Source of the DNA: Phoronis australis
Taxonomy: Eukaryota; Animalia; Phoronida
DNA: 64,000 nucleotides
Assembly (NCBI GenBank): GCA_002633005.1
Contig: NMRA01000091.1
Location: 140,275 to 204,274, forward strand
Reading direction: 5' to 3'
Below are positions 25,622 to 38,316 of the stretch, piece after piece (the stretch's first letter is position 1; the number at the start of each line of letters is the position of its first letter). The notes below the pieces were generated by a model. It worked only from the letters and a program-made list of their open reading frames with translations. It was not told where the DNA came from and searched no databases. The translations under genes and the position numbers were made by a program.

Positions 25622-26071
25622 CTGGTGACTGGGTGGACAGAGTTCTACATTCTCGTTAGTATTTAGTGCGACAGGATATTTTCTTGTGCTTTCTGCCAAC
25701 TTGGTACCATAACACTGTCGATTTGCCTCTGTTGTTGTGCGGTGGGATATTCAAACTATTCACGCAAAGTAACCATCGTAAAAATGCCCGGAATGCAGGA
25801 ATCGAATGAATTAACCCACTTGGACACAAAATCACATGTTAATATGGAGGGCCTATGGACCTTGTTAGTGTTCTGTCCTTTTTCACTTCTAATCTCAAGT
25901 GGCTCGTTGGCCTGAGCTTAGTGAGCTAAGCAATCACAATGCACCAATGAAATTATTTTTGCGCCAATAACGCGGGCACGCTCCTAAAATTATCCCTGGA
26001 ATGAAAAACACTGTGCTTCGTCCCTGTCCACTAGGTCTTTCGTACTACAGTATTACTGTAGAACTTGGATC

Positions 26072-26146
26072 AAGGGTGGGAGAGGGATTGGGGGAGGGAG
26101 GGTGAGGGTGAGGTGGGAGGTAGGTGGAGGAGAACGAGAGAGAGAT
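26072..26146 (+). repeat. G-rich purine tract
   Basis: Multiple GGG runs (GGGTGGGAGAGGGATTGGGGGAGGGAGGGTGAGGG); fits a G-quadruplex pattern. Confidence 0.6.
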
Positions 26147-26241
26147 GATATCATTCAATTGGCCTACTTTTGACTGTCACTGAACCTGCCAACATGAATT
26201 TGGAAACAACTGACTGATCAGTGTCATTGGTCAAACTGACC

Positions 26242-26407
26242 CAGTTCCGGATTTAGAGGGGGACAAGGTACCATGCCCCCCCCCCTCTAAAATTCTCCCA
26301 GATTACATTTGGCAGTTCGGGGGTGTGAATGTCTGACGGACAAATTCCTGGCAAATACTCTGCCCTGTTCCCCTCTCCCCCAACTCGAAATCCTGGATCC
26401 ACCCCTG
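26242..26407 (-). mobile_element. MITE with CAG..CTG TIRs and 5-bp TSD (hAT5-like), copy 2
   Basis: The reverse complement aligns along the full length with 3458-3619. Exact flanking repeat TGACC (26237-26241, 26408-26412). Confidence 0.8.
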
Positions 26408-27339
26408 TGACCGGTGTCAATGTTCAAATGCCAATTGGTGTCAGCACTTGTGTTCGTTAGCGTTTCAAATGACAAAAATCACTCTAATTGTCGGAGGATT
26501 AAGCATATTTTGTTCATGAATTCACGGCAAAGAACAAATTATCCGAGGGAGACTGGTCATTTTCTTTTCAAATTACATTCAGCAATTATTACTAAGTAAT
26601 CACCTACCCCTACATGTATTTTATTACGTTCCGCGTTGGGAAATTTTTACGTAATAGTTTGTGTGCAGTGTTAGGGTTCAACGGTAGTCATCTGTTAGAG
26701 CACCTGTGCATTTCACATGGCTCGGTGTCGTAATGTAGTGAAACATTAACTTCCTTCTACCAGTTTCGCCGGTTTTTATTCGTGGTTTACTCTTTTAAAA
26801 CTGTTGGCCATTAGTTTTTAGAAATCAGAAGTGAGAGTTTGGAAAATACGCATTGTAGTGAACTGCTCGAAATCGAGGGCATTTGGCCAGATTTTTACCC
26901 TACTATGCGTATTTCAACTTTTCAAATTGTCTCTTATTTCAGTCTATCATTTTCTGCAATTTTGAGGAAAATTTTTATTCAATTGCTGCTCGATTACTTT
27001 GATTGCACGCTGCTCCATTTAGTATAACCTTTATGGGATACGAAAATAAAAGCACAGTTTTACTGCTTACCTGAACAAATTGTTGTGTTCTAGTGATATA
27101 TTGAGCAGTGACGATGGTGATCACAACCCGCATTTATCTTCTGCATTATAACCTAAGACACGAGACGTCAATACCGCAGATCCCATTCCAAAATCATAAA
27201 ATGATGTGATGGAAAGTTTTGCAACCGAAAGAGGTATAAGGCGGGGTTCAAGTTGCTGCAAAAACACTGTTTCATCATTTCGATTTTCGGCGCCTTCCGT
27301 CATTTTGAATTTCAAAATTATCTGCGTTAACTCGAGTTA

Positions 27340-27381
27340 AGATTTGACGGTAAATGCGGAAGATTTGACGGTAAATGCGGA
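27340..27381 (+). repeat. 21-bp tandem duplication
   Basis: AGATTTGACGGTAAATGCGGA x2. Confidence 0.92.
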
Positions 27382-30300
27382 AAATTCCGGAATTGGCGAA
27401 CGTTCACCCGTCGCTCATAAATTTAACCAAGCATTGTTGGCTTCTGTAGCAAGTCAGTGGATGCAAATCGAATGTGACGGTTATATAATTTTACAGTAGT
27501 TTTGGACATCTGCTGCCTGTGCTTAAATATGGCTCATTGCGTCGGGCCTGACAATGAGACCAAAAATACACTGTAGGAATGAAACCAGATGAATGAACTG
27601 TCTGATCGCTGAAATGGTCAACTGACTTCTCGTTGTTCCTAATGCCCTACGTGAACTAATAGACATTAAATCACGTTATAGTTCAAATCTATGCGGAACC
27701 CACTTGCAAATTGTATGGATTTCCACGCTCATTCGTTAAACTATACTCGTCATTCAGTTTCCGTACTACATTATCGTATACCTATTAACTGACAAGCTTG
27801 TCTTTTTATATTTAGTAATTAATGGACACGATCACGATGCAGAAATATTGACAAACATTGAATGAGATTGTTCGAGGCTGCCATCTGAGTGGCCTGTTGG
27901 TAGCCCAGTTGGAGCCAGGCTGGGGTTAGAAAGAGCATTGTATTCATTCTATGAGCACATGAATGTTCTATTATCAATTTCAAACTGATGTATTCAGTAA
28001 CCCCGGAGTTAACCTGCATGTTTCTTCTATATGGGATTGCTTTGCTCTAATTAAATGTTTGATGCTCGCAGACACAATTCGCATTATTTATAGTCATCAG
28101 CAAACCACTATTTGAACGTATGTTCCCAGGCAGCCATCTTTATGCGCAATCGTGAAATAAATAACGAGAAATATAATAACTTTATCGCAATTGATTAACC
28201 AAAATTTTATCTACAGGATTCTTCCCATATACCCGCAATGATTATTTTAACATCCTCGTTATAACGTTCCGCTAAGCAGAAGAAATGCACCTTGTCTTTC
28301 ACTCTGTGACCGATCGGCTTCTTGATGCTGCAAGAAATTCTCCGATATTTGGCAGCTGGCCGATTGCCGATGTCGAGGCCGTTACCAGAGGACAATCGAA
28401 AAAAACTCGCAGTCGTGTCCCCTACTTTCTGAACTAATACAATGTCGACTGAATGTCGCGGAACTCCACGTGTAATCGGTACGGGTCTAGGAAAAACGCG
28501 ATTCTGACGGCGGTCTGACGTCATGCATTCTAGTCGCGTCTAGTTACAAACAAAGATTTTGGGTAACGTCATCACGAATCAATTATACTGTTGAAGCCGA
28601 GTTTGGTTGTCCAGTAATAATAATTAAAGAGATTGCCCTAATTGTGATTGGTTGAAATGCCTCTGGTTAATATACACGAGCCCAAGTTTTCGAATTGGGC
28701 GTGCACAATGAAATGCACATTTCTCTTTAAATAAAAGAAAATGGTAAAACAGCGCTTGGTCATTAAATTGTGTTATAACTGCGTAAATGTTGCGGAAACT
28801 AGAGGTCTCGGCTTCTCGTGGTCAGTCGAAGAGCGATCAATATAGGAATACATTACGATTGTAATGAAATCAAGACTTTGATAGCAATAATTTACTGACG
28901 TATTTCTTTTTTACATCGAGAACTTATGATAGTATGAATGCCTACTCTGGGGTGGAGTTCGTCAAAGTGGGTCTGACCTTATTTGCGACCGCGCGGGTTG
29001 GCCGATCAACTAAAAGTGATCTTTATCATTACAAAAATTATACTGAGATGATTTCGGCGAAAATTTCTTCAATAATGACCTGAACTACACATATCCAACT
29101 CCAAATGTATTTCTAGGTTTTCTCGGAGTCAAAATGACACTCACAATCCGCCGATTTTCCATCGAAATTCCGTCGAAGGTCATTTAATATAAAACGTTGA
29201 TTAAAAATGGTATGTCTCATTAAAACCGTGAATATTTAAATTTGTAGCCAGCGCCACCTTGTGACTTCCTTGAGAACTGTGTGTACGTGTTTAATCAGGA
29301 AAAGGGACTTATTTAAATAAAATGCAGTTTAAAGAAAAAGACACAACTGATACCCTTTAAAATAAGTGGGAACATATACAAAACCCTAATAATTTCTAAA
29401 TATTGCGCCTTCGTTATTTGATAGTGAAATGAACAAACTTTAAAAACTGCGCCTTGTTTTATAAGGGTAGCGATGACATATTACCATACTCATTTACATA
29501 AAAATAGTCTCGCAAAACGGGACTTTCGCGAGATTGTAATGGTCACTGGTTCTGGGATGGTTTGCGGCACACTGGAAGACCCGGGGTTGTTTTTAAACTA
29601 GAACTTCATTTGCATATTCACAATTTAATGAAACGTAGCATCTTTTAATCCCCTGAGATTTCCATGTTTTGAACCGTCTTCCAGAACTGATTTATTAATG
29701 ACCGGAATTTACCATCTGACGTCACTTAAAAAGTAAATGCAGCTAAGGTATGGAACCTTTTTCTGTGCCAATGAGAATGCACGTTTTCTACTGAAGGCTG
29801 CATCGGAACGCTTAGGGGGCCATTTAGCGGGCGAGAGAGTTTCTTGATCTGTCTCAGCACAGAATCGAACGTGACGCACCCGCCGTTTTCGCAGTCTTAA
29901 CTGGTGGTGGAGCTGATTCCCACTCTTTTAATGGCAAAGTATTTCAATCATATTTAATTGGTTAAGTCGCCAGCTTTAAAGGGAACATCTGGCAGACAAC
30001 GGCAAAAATTCGCGAGTTAAAATGAAATAAAAATACTCTACGAATTTTCTTGTTTTATAGTACTGGTCAAAGTTATCAATTTCTAGAAGTCTATCACAAC
30101 CAAGAGCAATCTCCAATATGAGTTTTTCTGTTGAAAATCCGATTATTGCCCCTCGAAGTGATTCAAGCTCGGAATCGCTTACAGGAGTGTTTCTATTACG
30201 AGTTTCCAATGACATGCAGTCTTTCACTTTATGGTCATGTCGACAGGCCTTGGCGACCAGCTTCGAATTAAGTGGCAAGCTAATTCTAATATCTAGTTAT

Positions 30301-33300
30301 TGATTGTGTTTTCGTTCCGCGGTTGCATTTGGTCACTTCTCACGGTAGTGTTTTCATTGCCTAATTAAGTAATCGGCTTCCGTCAATTAACTGTTGCATG
30401 GAGGTGAATGTCCCCACATATGTAACAGGCTGGGGTATCGATCAAGCTTCAATTGAAGTCCAAGAAGAGAGACAGCAATATGCAGTCAATTAAAAGTACT
30501 TATATAGCTACCTACGATGGCCAATAATTTCTCAAGCTACTGACCATTAGTGCAGACATAGAGTAATTGATATGGCCAGCCATCATGACTTAAAGACGAA
30601 ACGATCTTGTGCTGCTTTTGTTTTGGTTGGTAAGTGCTGAAGGTTAATCGCGTTCTTTCTTAAATTTATCATTAGGGAAACTTAAAAATCCTCGGCCAGC
30701 CCTCGCAAACTTGAGTTACATCATCAAAAATGTTTTTGGTAGAATCCAACTGTTACCTTGGTATGGAAAATTCTATTTGGTTCTCTTTATTACCTTTCTT
30801 CGTGATTTAGTCAGACAGGAACAGGGAAAGATAGGTAACTTTAACAATTTATTACGACGACACAATCTAGTTCGTGGGATTCAGTCCGAAACTATTTATT
30901 AATTTTCCCTTCTTTTGGGTTTCTCTTTCATGAAATTAGACGTACATGTAGGTCTTCCTTGACTGTGAAGTGGGCGGCTAACCGAGATATTCGCTTAAAT
31001 CAGCCTCGGTTGTTTCACCAGTTAAATGCGTTAAAAGACTTAAAAGTCAAAAACGTGTGGTTTGTGTCAACAATACGTATCAACCAATTCTGGGTGAGAG
31101 GAATCTACCCTCGTACTGTGTGCAGGCCAAGCAGAATTTGAAAACTGCGGCAAAATTAGTGCAATACAATAACAATATTTTGTGCCTTCTGTTTTAAGCC
31201 TGTATATCGGCTTCACAGTTTCCTTGAAACCCGACATGAGTTTTACAGATTTCATCAGATACTTTCTAAAGCTTTATATTTTGTTTCAAGGGACATTAAC
31301 GGTTTTGCCGTCGAAAAGGCATATATTTTTGGTTTATTGTTGGATGGGTTGACTTTCTGAAATTACTAGCTTTGACCAGAGTTGTAAAATAATATAATCC
31401 GTTGTTTTTGTGATTTTATTACAAATCGCCAATTCCCGTCGATGTCTCTCCGGCATTCGCTTAAATACTCTGTCATCTGTCTAGGGAGACTAAGCTGTGC
31501 CAGCAGAGTGTTTGACTGCAGCCACGAACGAAAGGTTCCAGGTCCGAATGCGCGCTGAGGCTAATCTCAGAACTTCACTTTTTTCAACCATAAAGCCACT
31601 TTAAAAAGGTCGATGCCCACACCGCTTATTTCAGAGGTTAACACCAAATGTCGTCTGAGTTCAGATTGTGTCATTCACTGAACTGTAGCCTCGTTCGTGG
31701 CGCCAGCTCGCTATCGGCTTCGTGCAGTTTTGACTGTGATGACTTCTTTATTTGGAAAAAGACACTTGAGTTTACTCGCCGGTTGGTGTCGTTACATCAC
31801 ACCCTACTCAATGGCTTCGTTTACTACGTGAGAACGCTGAGAAGGAACGTGTCGTTATTTCACTCTTGAAAAGGCTGTAACGAATACATGAAACACCTTT
31901 CGTTTGTTGTTTTGTTTTTAATCAGTACATAAAGCTCATTTAAGCAGTAGAATAAGTTTTGAATAACAGCGCATTGTACACAGACATGAGTTTATAAAAG
32001 TGTTACCCTCACTAAAACAATCTCTGTGTTATAGTGACGTTATGGGGTTGGAAGGACCAGCCTACGTCGCTAAGTTACTCCACGGCATTTTTGTTGCCAC
32101 ATGAGTGAGTCACAAGTCAAAAGAGGTCAGAGGCGTATCTCCTGAGGTGCGAGTTTAGTTCTACTGTCTGGCAGCGGCATTGTTGGTGTACGACCAGAAG
32201 TGAAAAAATAAACCTCCAGTATTATTTTAAAACTATGTTTAATTTGAACAAATGTGAACTGGTTAACATTGCATTTATTTTAAATGTGAACTCTTATTGG
32301 AGCAGAAAGTTTGGCTTCGCCTTCAACATTACTGAGCTGTTTTGCAATTCAGCACACTTATGATAACACTTTGACAACGGTCACGTCTTTACCGAATACC
32401 TACTGAATATACGTAGACCATGATTTTTTTCACATTACGCTGGTAACGGATCTGATCTTGGACGGACCCCTGAATCCATGGGCTCCGACAGTTCTTGTGG
32501 CCGCATCACACTCCTTGGTCCATCATATTCATTTTGCTCTGCGGTTGACAAGAAAATATAGTTGTTGAGTTCAAGAACCTCTCCATTTCTTAAATCCTTT
32601 TCTAACTATGTGTATTTATCCCAGTTATAAAACTCCATAAGTAAAAAGGACGAGGTTATTGACTGCTTACTACCGGAAATGGCAAGGGATTGCTGGCCGA
32701 GCCACGTGTAGAGCAAACATTATTGTTGGTAGATATTTTTTTCTAAGCATATCACAGTACATTCTTTTTGTTAGGATTAATGTTCAAGATTGTTAGAGGA
32801 GAGTACATACGGCTGCACTGTCTTTACCTACAGTAGCCTCCATGTATTGACTTCCGCAACGAATAGCGTTTTGTATTTACGTATCCGTACATTGACTGGA
32901 ATGACGTTTTCTGTGCTTTGTCTGGGGAAATCGCCTTGGTACAAAGGCTTTGTGTCATTGGCGATTTCGAGAGCTCATTGGTTAGTTGTAATTGTACAGT
33001 TGTCAATATTATTCTTCCACGCGAGCGTGCTAGTTATGTAACCTCAAGTTTTGTATTTGACCTAGCAATATAAATCTAAAGAGAGAGCAAGTGTTTATTT
33101 TAGTATCGCTCATGTTTGTTTGCGTCTTGCAGTGCGATATTCAGATTTCCAAATTGCGTTGGTGGAGTGGACGACAACTTTGTACAGTACGAAAGCTTGC
33201 GTAAAAATGTTGTTGTTTCGGAGCTTTGATATTCCAATGAGAATTGGGTTACGCACATTCAGGTAGGTCTTGAGAAACAGTCAGGGTAATGATTTGTTAA

Positions 33301-34899
33301 CCGTTGTAGTTTGAAGGAGTCTCTGAGTTTAGTATGGCAATTTATAGTGGAAACAGACGTGTCGTTAATTTTTAGGTCTTTCCTACAGTCTAGCATGGTT
33401 CGACCGTGACTGTGTACTTTCCAACAACTATATTTGCGGTGTTAATCTACCACATTGTTGCGTCGATGTCATGCGTCTATTAATGGATACCGATTAGGTA
33501 TATTGTAGAACTGAACGTTCGTTTAAATTTTGGAATTGCTTCATAAATAGCTAAGTTCTTTGCAAGAAACCGATTTGGTTCCTTAGGGATTGATAGCGTC
33601 CTTCTTACACAATTACTGATGAGTTTTTTTGCCACACTGATATGGTCTCGGCAGGTTAGCGGTAAGTTATGACACGTTTATACATGCGTCTATATGCGTC
33701 TTGTGATGCCAAACAGTGAGCCTTGGGGTTGTCTCCGTGTTGTTGCCTCCAGCAGGATTGTCGGACTTTATTCCGGAATATTTTCACGCTCTTTTCTTAG
33801 AAACCCTTGACATTTCTTTGCAACTTTAAACATCTGCTGCTGGTGCTAAATTACCATCTGTTGGTTGATTTGACAAAATCAGTGGCATATTCAACGTTAG
33901 TTGTGTTGATAGCAGTATGCAAAAACCCGTCAATAGGTATCGTTGAAATGTCTCTAATTTCTGATTCTTTCGCAAAGGAACAGTTAATGGAACCGTTGCA
34001 CGGTCAGTTATTCTCGCACTTTGAAAACAGGTGGGCCACAAGCTACGAAAACGTTCACACTTCTAGGGTAAACTTTAGAAAGTTCATTCTTGTGCATATG
34101 CGTATAAAGTTGTGTACAGGCAAGCAGTTGGAGATTCGGGTGAGAATTATGGAAAATTTTGGCATCGCAGCCTCGAATGGAAAGGAAAGAGTTTTCAGAA
34201 GTCGCACCGGCAGCAAATAACAAAATCGCAAATCTAGCCTCTGATTGCCACCAATGGTATTCCGTAGTGTGTTGAAATTGTTTTGAGTGAAACGGTTAAC
34301 CCATGTTCCTTCTGCTCTGTTTAACCCGGATGTGGAGTCCCGCCATTTTCGGAGCACTTTCTGTTCAGATCGAAATTTTTGCTGCAAATGCAGGACTGGT
34401 ACTCTTCAAGCAAATAGAAATTGGAAAAAGTATTGAATTTCTGGAATCGAGAGGTCAAGAGTGGTAGGATTCTTGTCTCCACTGTGGGACCGGGCCAGTC
34501 GCACAGTGTCAAATTCGAATTTGCAGTTTGGGCTTCTGGACTTTTTTCGGTGGACATATTAAGGCGAAAATTCAGTGAGTGTGCTTTCTGCAGGTTATGC
34601 ATTTTGTCAACGTGTCCCGAGACAGAGTGGTAGCTAGGGCGCCGTCTGTTGAAGCAATTTCTGATTTCAACGAGATCAGCCAGTCGTACTGTGTGGTGGT
34701 CTTAGCCTTTAAACAAAGATGTCAATAAAAAGGTTAGCTAGATATGCCAAGGGTTTTTATTTTTGAACACCCCGCCCACTCCAATCTAAATGGTGTGTTT
34801 TCGTGTGAGTCACGTGTCTGCATTGTTCTTTAAATGTACAATGTTGTAGGTCCACGATTTTTAAAGGAAATTATATGCGAAAAAAGTGATATTTTTGCA

Positions 34900-34975
34900 G
34901 ATCAGTCGCAGCGTGGAAATGAACCCGCAACCTCGCGGTTTCAGTCCAACACTCTATAAGAACTATGCTCAATAG
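34900..34975 (-). mobile_element. Degenerate tRNA-derived SINE head
   Basis: Minus strand reads ..AGAGTGTTGGACTGAAACCGCGAGGTTGCGGGTTCATTTCC.., a tRNA-like layout with a degenerate B box. Confidence 0.4.
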
Positions 34976-34981
34976 TAGACA

Positions 34982-36558
34982 GAGTATTTTAAATATTTAA
35001 AATACTCAGTTAAAACTGGCATATAATCACCGGCCTTGATTTCAGCGAACGTCTGGCAGATTAAGGCGGCAATCAAGGATTTGGAATAAAATCACAAATA
35101 CAATGGATTTTGTTGTTTTGTAGCTCTGGTCAAAGCCAATAACTTCAGGAAGTCGATCCCGTCCATCAATAATCCCTAAAAGCGTTTTCAGTCGTCATAC
35201 CGAAAACATCCCTTTAGCGCCGTACTGTATTCAGAATGTGGCAATTGGTTTAATTTCATGCATTAATGTTTCCCTGTAGCTCATTAATGGCCCTTAACTC
35301 TTAATTAGCCTTAAAACAATTTGACAGGCACGTCTTTGTGATTTGTTGAAACCTTAGTCATCTCTAGTTTTGGACAAAATGCCATTAAAATCAATTTTGA
35401 GTTTTGCTATTTTCGGTTTATTTCAAACCAAGTGTGAGGAAATTTTATTGCGCAGAGTGGCTAAATTTGTCGTTTTTAATAAGTTGATCCTGTCCGTAGG
35501 TAATGAAACTAATTGTCTTACTCGCTTGAGGCCCACGTTTGAATAATTACTTGTTTAAACTGTCCATTTGTCACCAAGTGGCGAGACCGTCTCGTTCCCT
35601 TGTCGGCTCGCGTAGAACTGCCTAACCACATGTCGTTAAAATCGTCGACATGTCGTAAGTCCGATCAAAAATGCTTCGGCAAAGAGACTATTTACGAGAA
35701 AACATAAATGGCCACTTGGCATTGCTTTTTATGCCTGATATTACAAGACAATACCATGATGCTTTTTTTCTTCTTACGTCACCTAGTCATGGGCGGCGCA
35801 GCATTGACTTTCGGAAGTGGGGGGCCATAGCCCCTCCCCCCCAGCCCCCTATGCTGCGCCGCGTATGTGACCATGGGCGGGGCAGCACTGAAATAAGTGG
35901 GGGCTATAGCCCCCCTCCCAGCCCCCTATGGTGCGCCGCCCTTGTCATATGTGGTGATAGGCCTGAATCTGACCGGAGCGAGATAATACGTTAGAGTTAG
36001 CTTACGAAGTAAATTATCTGCCATGTCATCGGCTGTATTTCAGTCTGATTCGGTGTCGTGTGTTCATTTTGTCGACGGGCCCTACAGACACCAAATCCGC
36101 GTAACTGAAATCCCCAGACCCGTGCCCCTTAACTCCACAAACAAGTGCCGATGTTCCATACACAATCTCCAGCCCCAAGTCGGTGTCGTTCACCTGGACA
36201 GTTTCGTACCAGGTCTAGCTTCTTTAATCACCGAGAGGGTTGAATTTCCATTTCTCGACTGATTTGCGAGCATTACGGCGAAAAAGTGTTTTTTTAGATC
36301 AGCTCCCAGACGACCTCCGCAGTCTCTGGAGCAGCTAAACCGCCCTCTTTAAGCAGCCGATGAGTATTTTAAGCATGTTTAACTGATTAAGTCATCCGCC
36401 TGGATTTCAGCGAATGACTAGCAGCCAACAGCTAGAATTGACGATTGGTTAATGAAATCACGTAACACAACGCATTTTGAATGTTTGATAGCTCTAGTTA
36501 AAACTAACAATTTCAAGGAGTCTTTCCAACATTAATCCCGAAAACGCGTTTTCTGTCT
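34982..36558 (+). repeat. Pair of diverged direct repeats (about 200 bp each: 34982-35195 and 36362-36558)
   Basis: Collinear blocks GAGTATTTTAA, GCCT.GATTTCAGCGAA, AAATCAC, TAGCTCT.GT.AAA.C.AA, TAATCCC.AAA, GCGTTTTC.GTC in both copies. Confidence 0.65.
35788..35944 (+). mobile_element. Head-to-tail dimer of a small GC-rich MITE (35788-35867, 35872-35944)
   Basis: Each unit has TIRs CATGGGCGG(C/G)GCAGCA / TG(C/G)TGCGCCGC..TG. The same unit occurs inverted at 62541-62640. Confidence 0.75.
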
Positions 36559-37381
36559 TGAAACCTATTATGCACCTGCGAAACAGGATAGGCTGTAAGT
36601 TCAAAGCAACACTGAATTTACAAATTAGGACTGATTTTTGTTTTAAACAGGATTGAGTTAAATATCATTGAATTTACACTATAGTTTTTTGGCCAGTATG
36701 TTTAAGTTTGGTCTACACGCCACCTCTTGGCCACATCACCATACAGTCATTGTAACTGCTACTTTGAGACAACCATTCGAGAATGTGTCTAAGATTAAAT
36801 TTTATGGAATTATGCTGATTGGCAGTTAGGAATATCCTCACTTGCGAATGAAGAAACTGGTCTGATTAATCAGTAGTGTAAGATAAACGATGAAATGAGA
36901 AGTAAAGAACTGTTATCTCTGTGATGATGTTCAAACATGAGGTCATGATGTTTTAGTTCCAACAAGACTGCACCCATTCTATCCATGTGTGTTTGTTATT
37001 TATTTCATTATTTTTCGTACTGTGGCATAGAACTACCTTAAAATATTTTTCTATCGATCTCTCGTTTGACCTCTCACTCATAGTTTAGAATTGTGACACT
37101 GTTTTCCTAAAATATTATTCGCTTTTAATGTTCTTTTATTTTACTGATTCACGTATACAATTAGTTATTACTACGTTTGAAACACATGGCATTTACCGAG
37201 ACGTCGAACCTCCAATTTGATCGCTTAGTTTTTTCCTGTCAATTATTCTAGCTTCCCTCGACATTTTATCTTTACGGTTTGGCAGAAAAAGTTTCATGGA
37301 ACGCCCAGGCTGACCACGTTTGTTTGTCGCGACGAATTAGGTTCTGCTACTACTTCAATATGGTCGCCAGGACAACTCCAG

Positions 37382-37529
37382 GGCTGAGTTGCATAAAGCT
37401 TTAAAAGTTATCCGCTGGATAAGTTTGAATGTGATGACGTCAGGTGCATTGTTCAACAATAACAACGTGACGCGTGATAATGCGACGTCATTATTGCTAG
37501 ACGGCGTATAACTTTTGTGCAACTGGGCC
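37382..37529. mobile_element. PIF/Harbinger-like MITE with CAG TSD
   Basis: TIRs GGCTGAGTTGCATAAA / TTTGTGCAACTGGGCC, flanked by CAG at 37379-37381 and 37530-37532. Confidence 0.7.
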
Positions 37530-37907
37530 CAGGTGTTTTGTTACCTGTTTCAATCAAAGTACAGTTTATGAACACGGTGAGACACGGTGGTTTTAAACAG
37601 ATTCTTGGCCTTAAGAAGTGCTCTTACTCTGTTTCTACAATTTATGCCATTTCGCTTTGTTATCAGAGGAAATTGTACACTAGAATGTAAAAAACGTTAA
37701 ATTTTGTGAGCGTGGAGCAAAGATGCTGATGCTATTAGCTTAAACATTTGCATGGAGGGCTCCAATCTTTAACTGAGTGACATCTGCCAAGACACAGATA
37801 CATCGTACATGTACTGTGGGATTGGACGATCGAAATCTTTTGGTTCATGGATAGTTAATTAATGTAGAAGTATTGCCAGTCATTTTAATCCAAAATGGCA
37901 AGTTATG

Positions 37908-38316
37908 AACAGCTTAATTATTATTTTAAATGACTTATTTTTATTGAACTGTCGTAAGCAAAAATTCGTTTTCGAGCCTCATAAGAGGGGCACCTATCAG
38001 GTGGGTTGCCTAGGTTAATATAGGTGCCCCAATTTTGAATCTCGAAATGGATTTCTTGCCTATGTCATTTAACCGTATAGCCTCGAAATTAGGCGCATGC
38101 GAGGATGCATAAGTTCCGCAATTAGGCGCCCGCAACAAAAGCTCGTTAGATAGTATTCTCGTAGCCCTGCGCCTATATCCGGAGCATCATAATCAACGCA
38201 ATTTCTACTCAAATGTCGCTCATATAAGCGCATGCACTTACATGTAAGTCCCGCAATTAGGCACACTGCGGGGCTGTGCGGTAATAAGAATAAGTCATTT
38301 AAAATGATGAGCTGTT
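37908..38316. mobile_element. Inverted-repeat element containing a Tc1/mariner-like MITE relic (38073-38281)
   Basis: AACAGCT..ATTTTAAATGACTTATT.TTATT (37908-37945) pairs with 38283-38316. The inner part starts CCGTATAGCC, ends GGGCTGTGCGG followed by TA, and carries repeated AATTAGGC(G/A)C motifs. Confidence 0.5.

Noticed and set aside
3130-26407. Inverted segmental duplication of 3.1-3.6 kb at 25.4-26.4 kb
   Set aside because: The two shared MITEs are in different relative order, have different TSDs, and the flanks do not align. They are independent insertions.
33807-34220. 137-aa plus-strand ORF
   Set aside because: Non-ATG start and no domain; better explained as the antisense shadow of the minus-strand coding-like relic.
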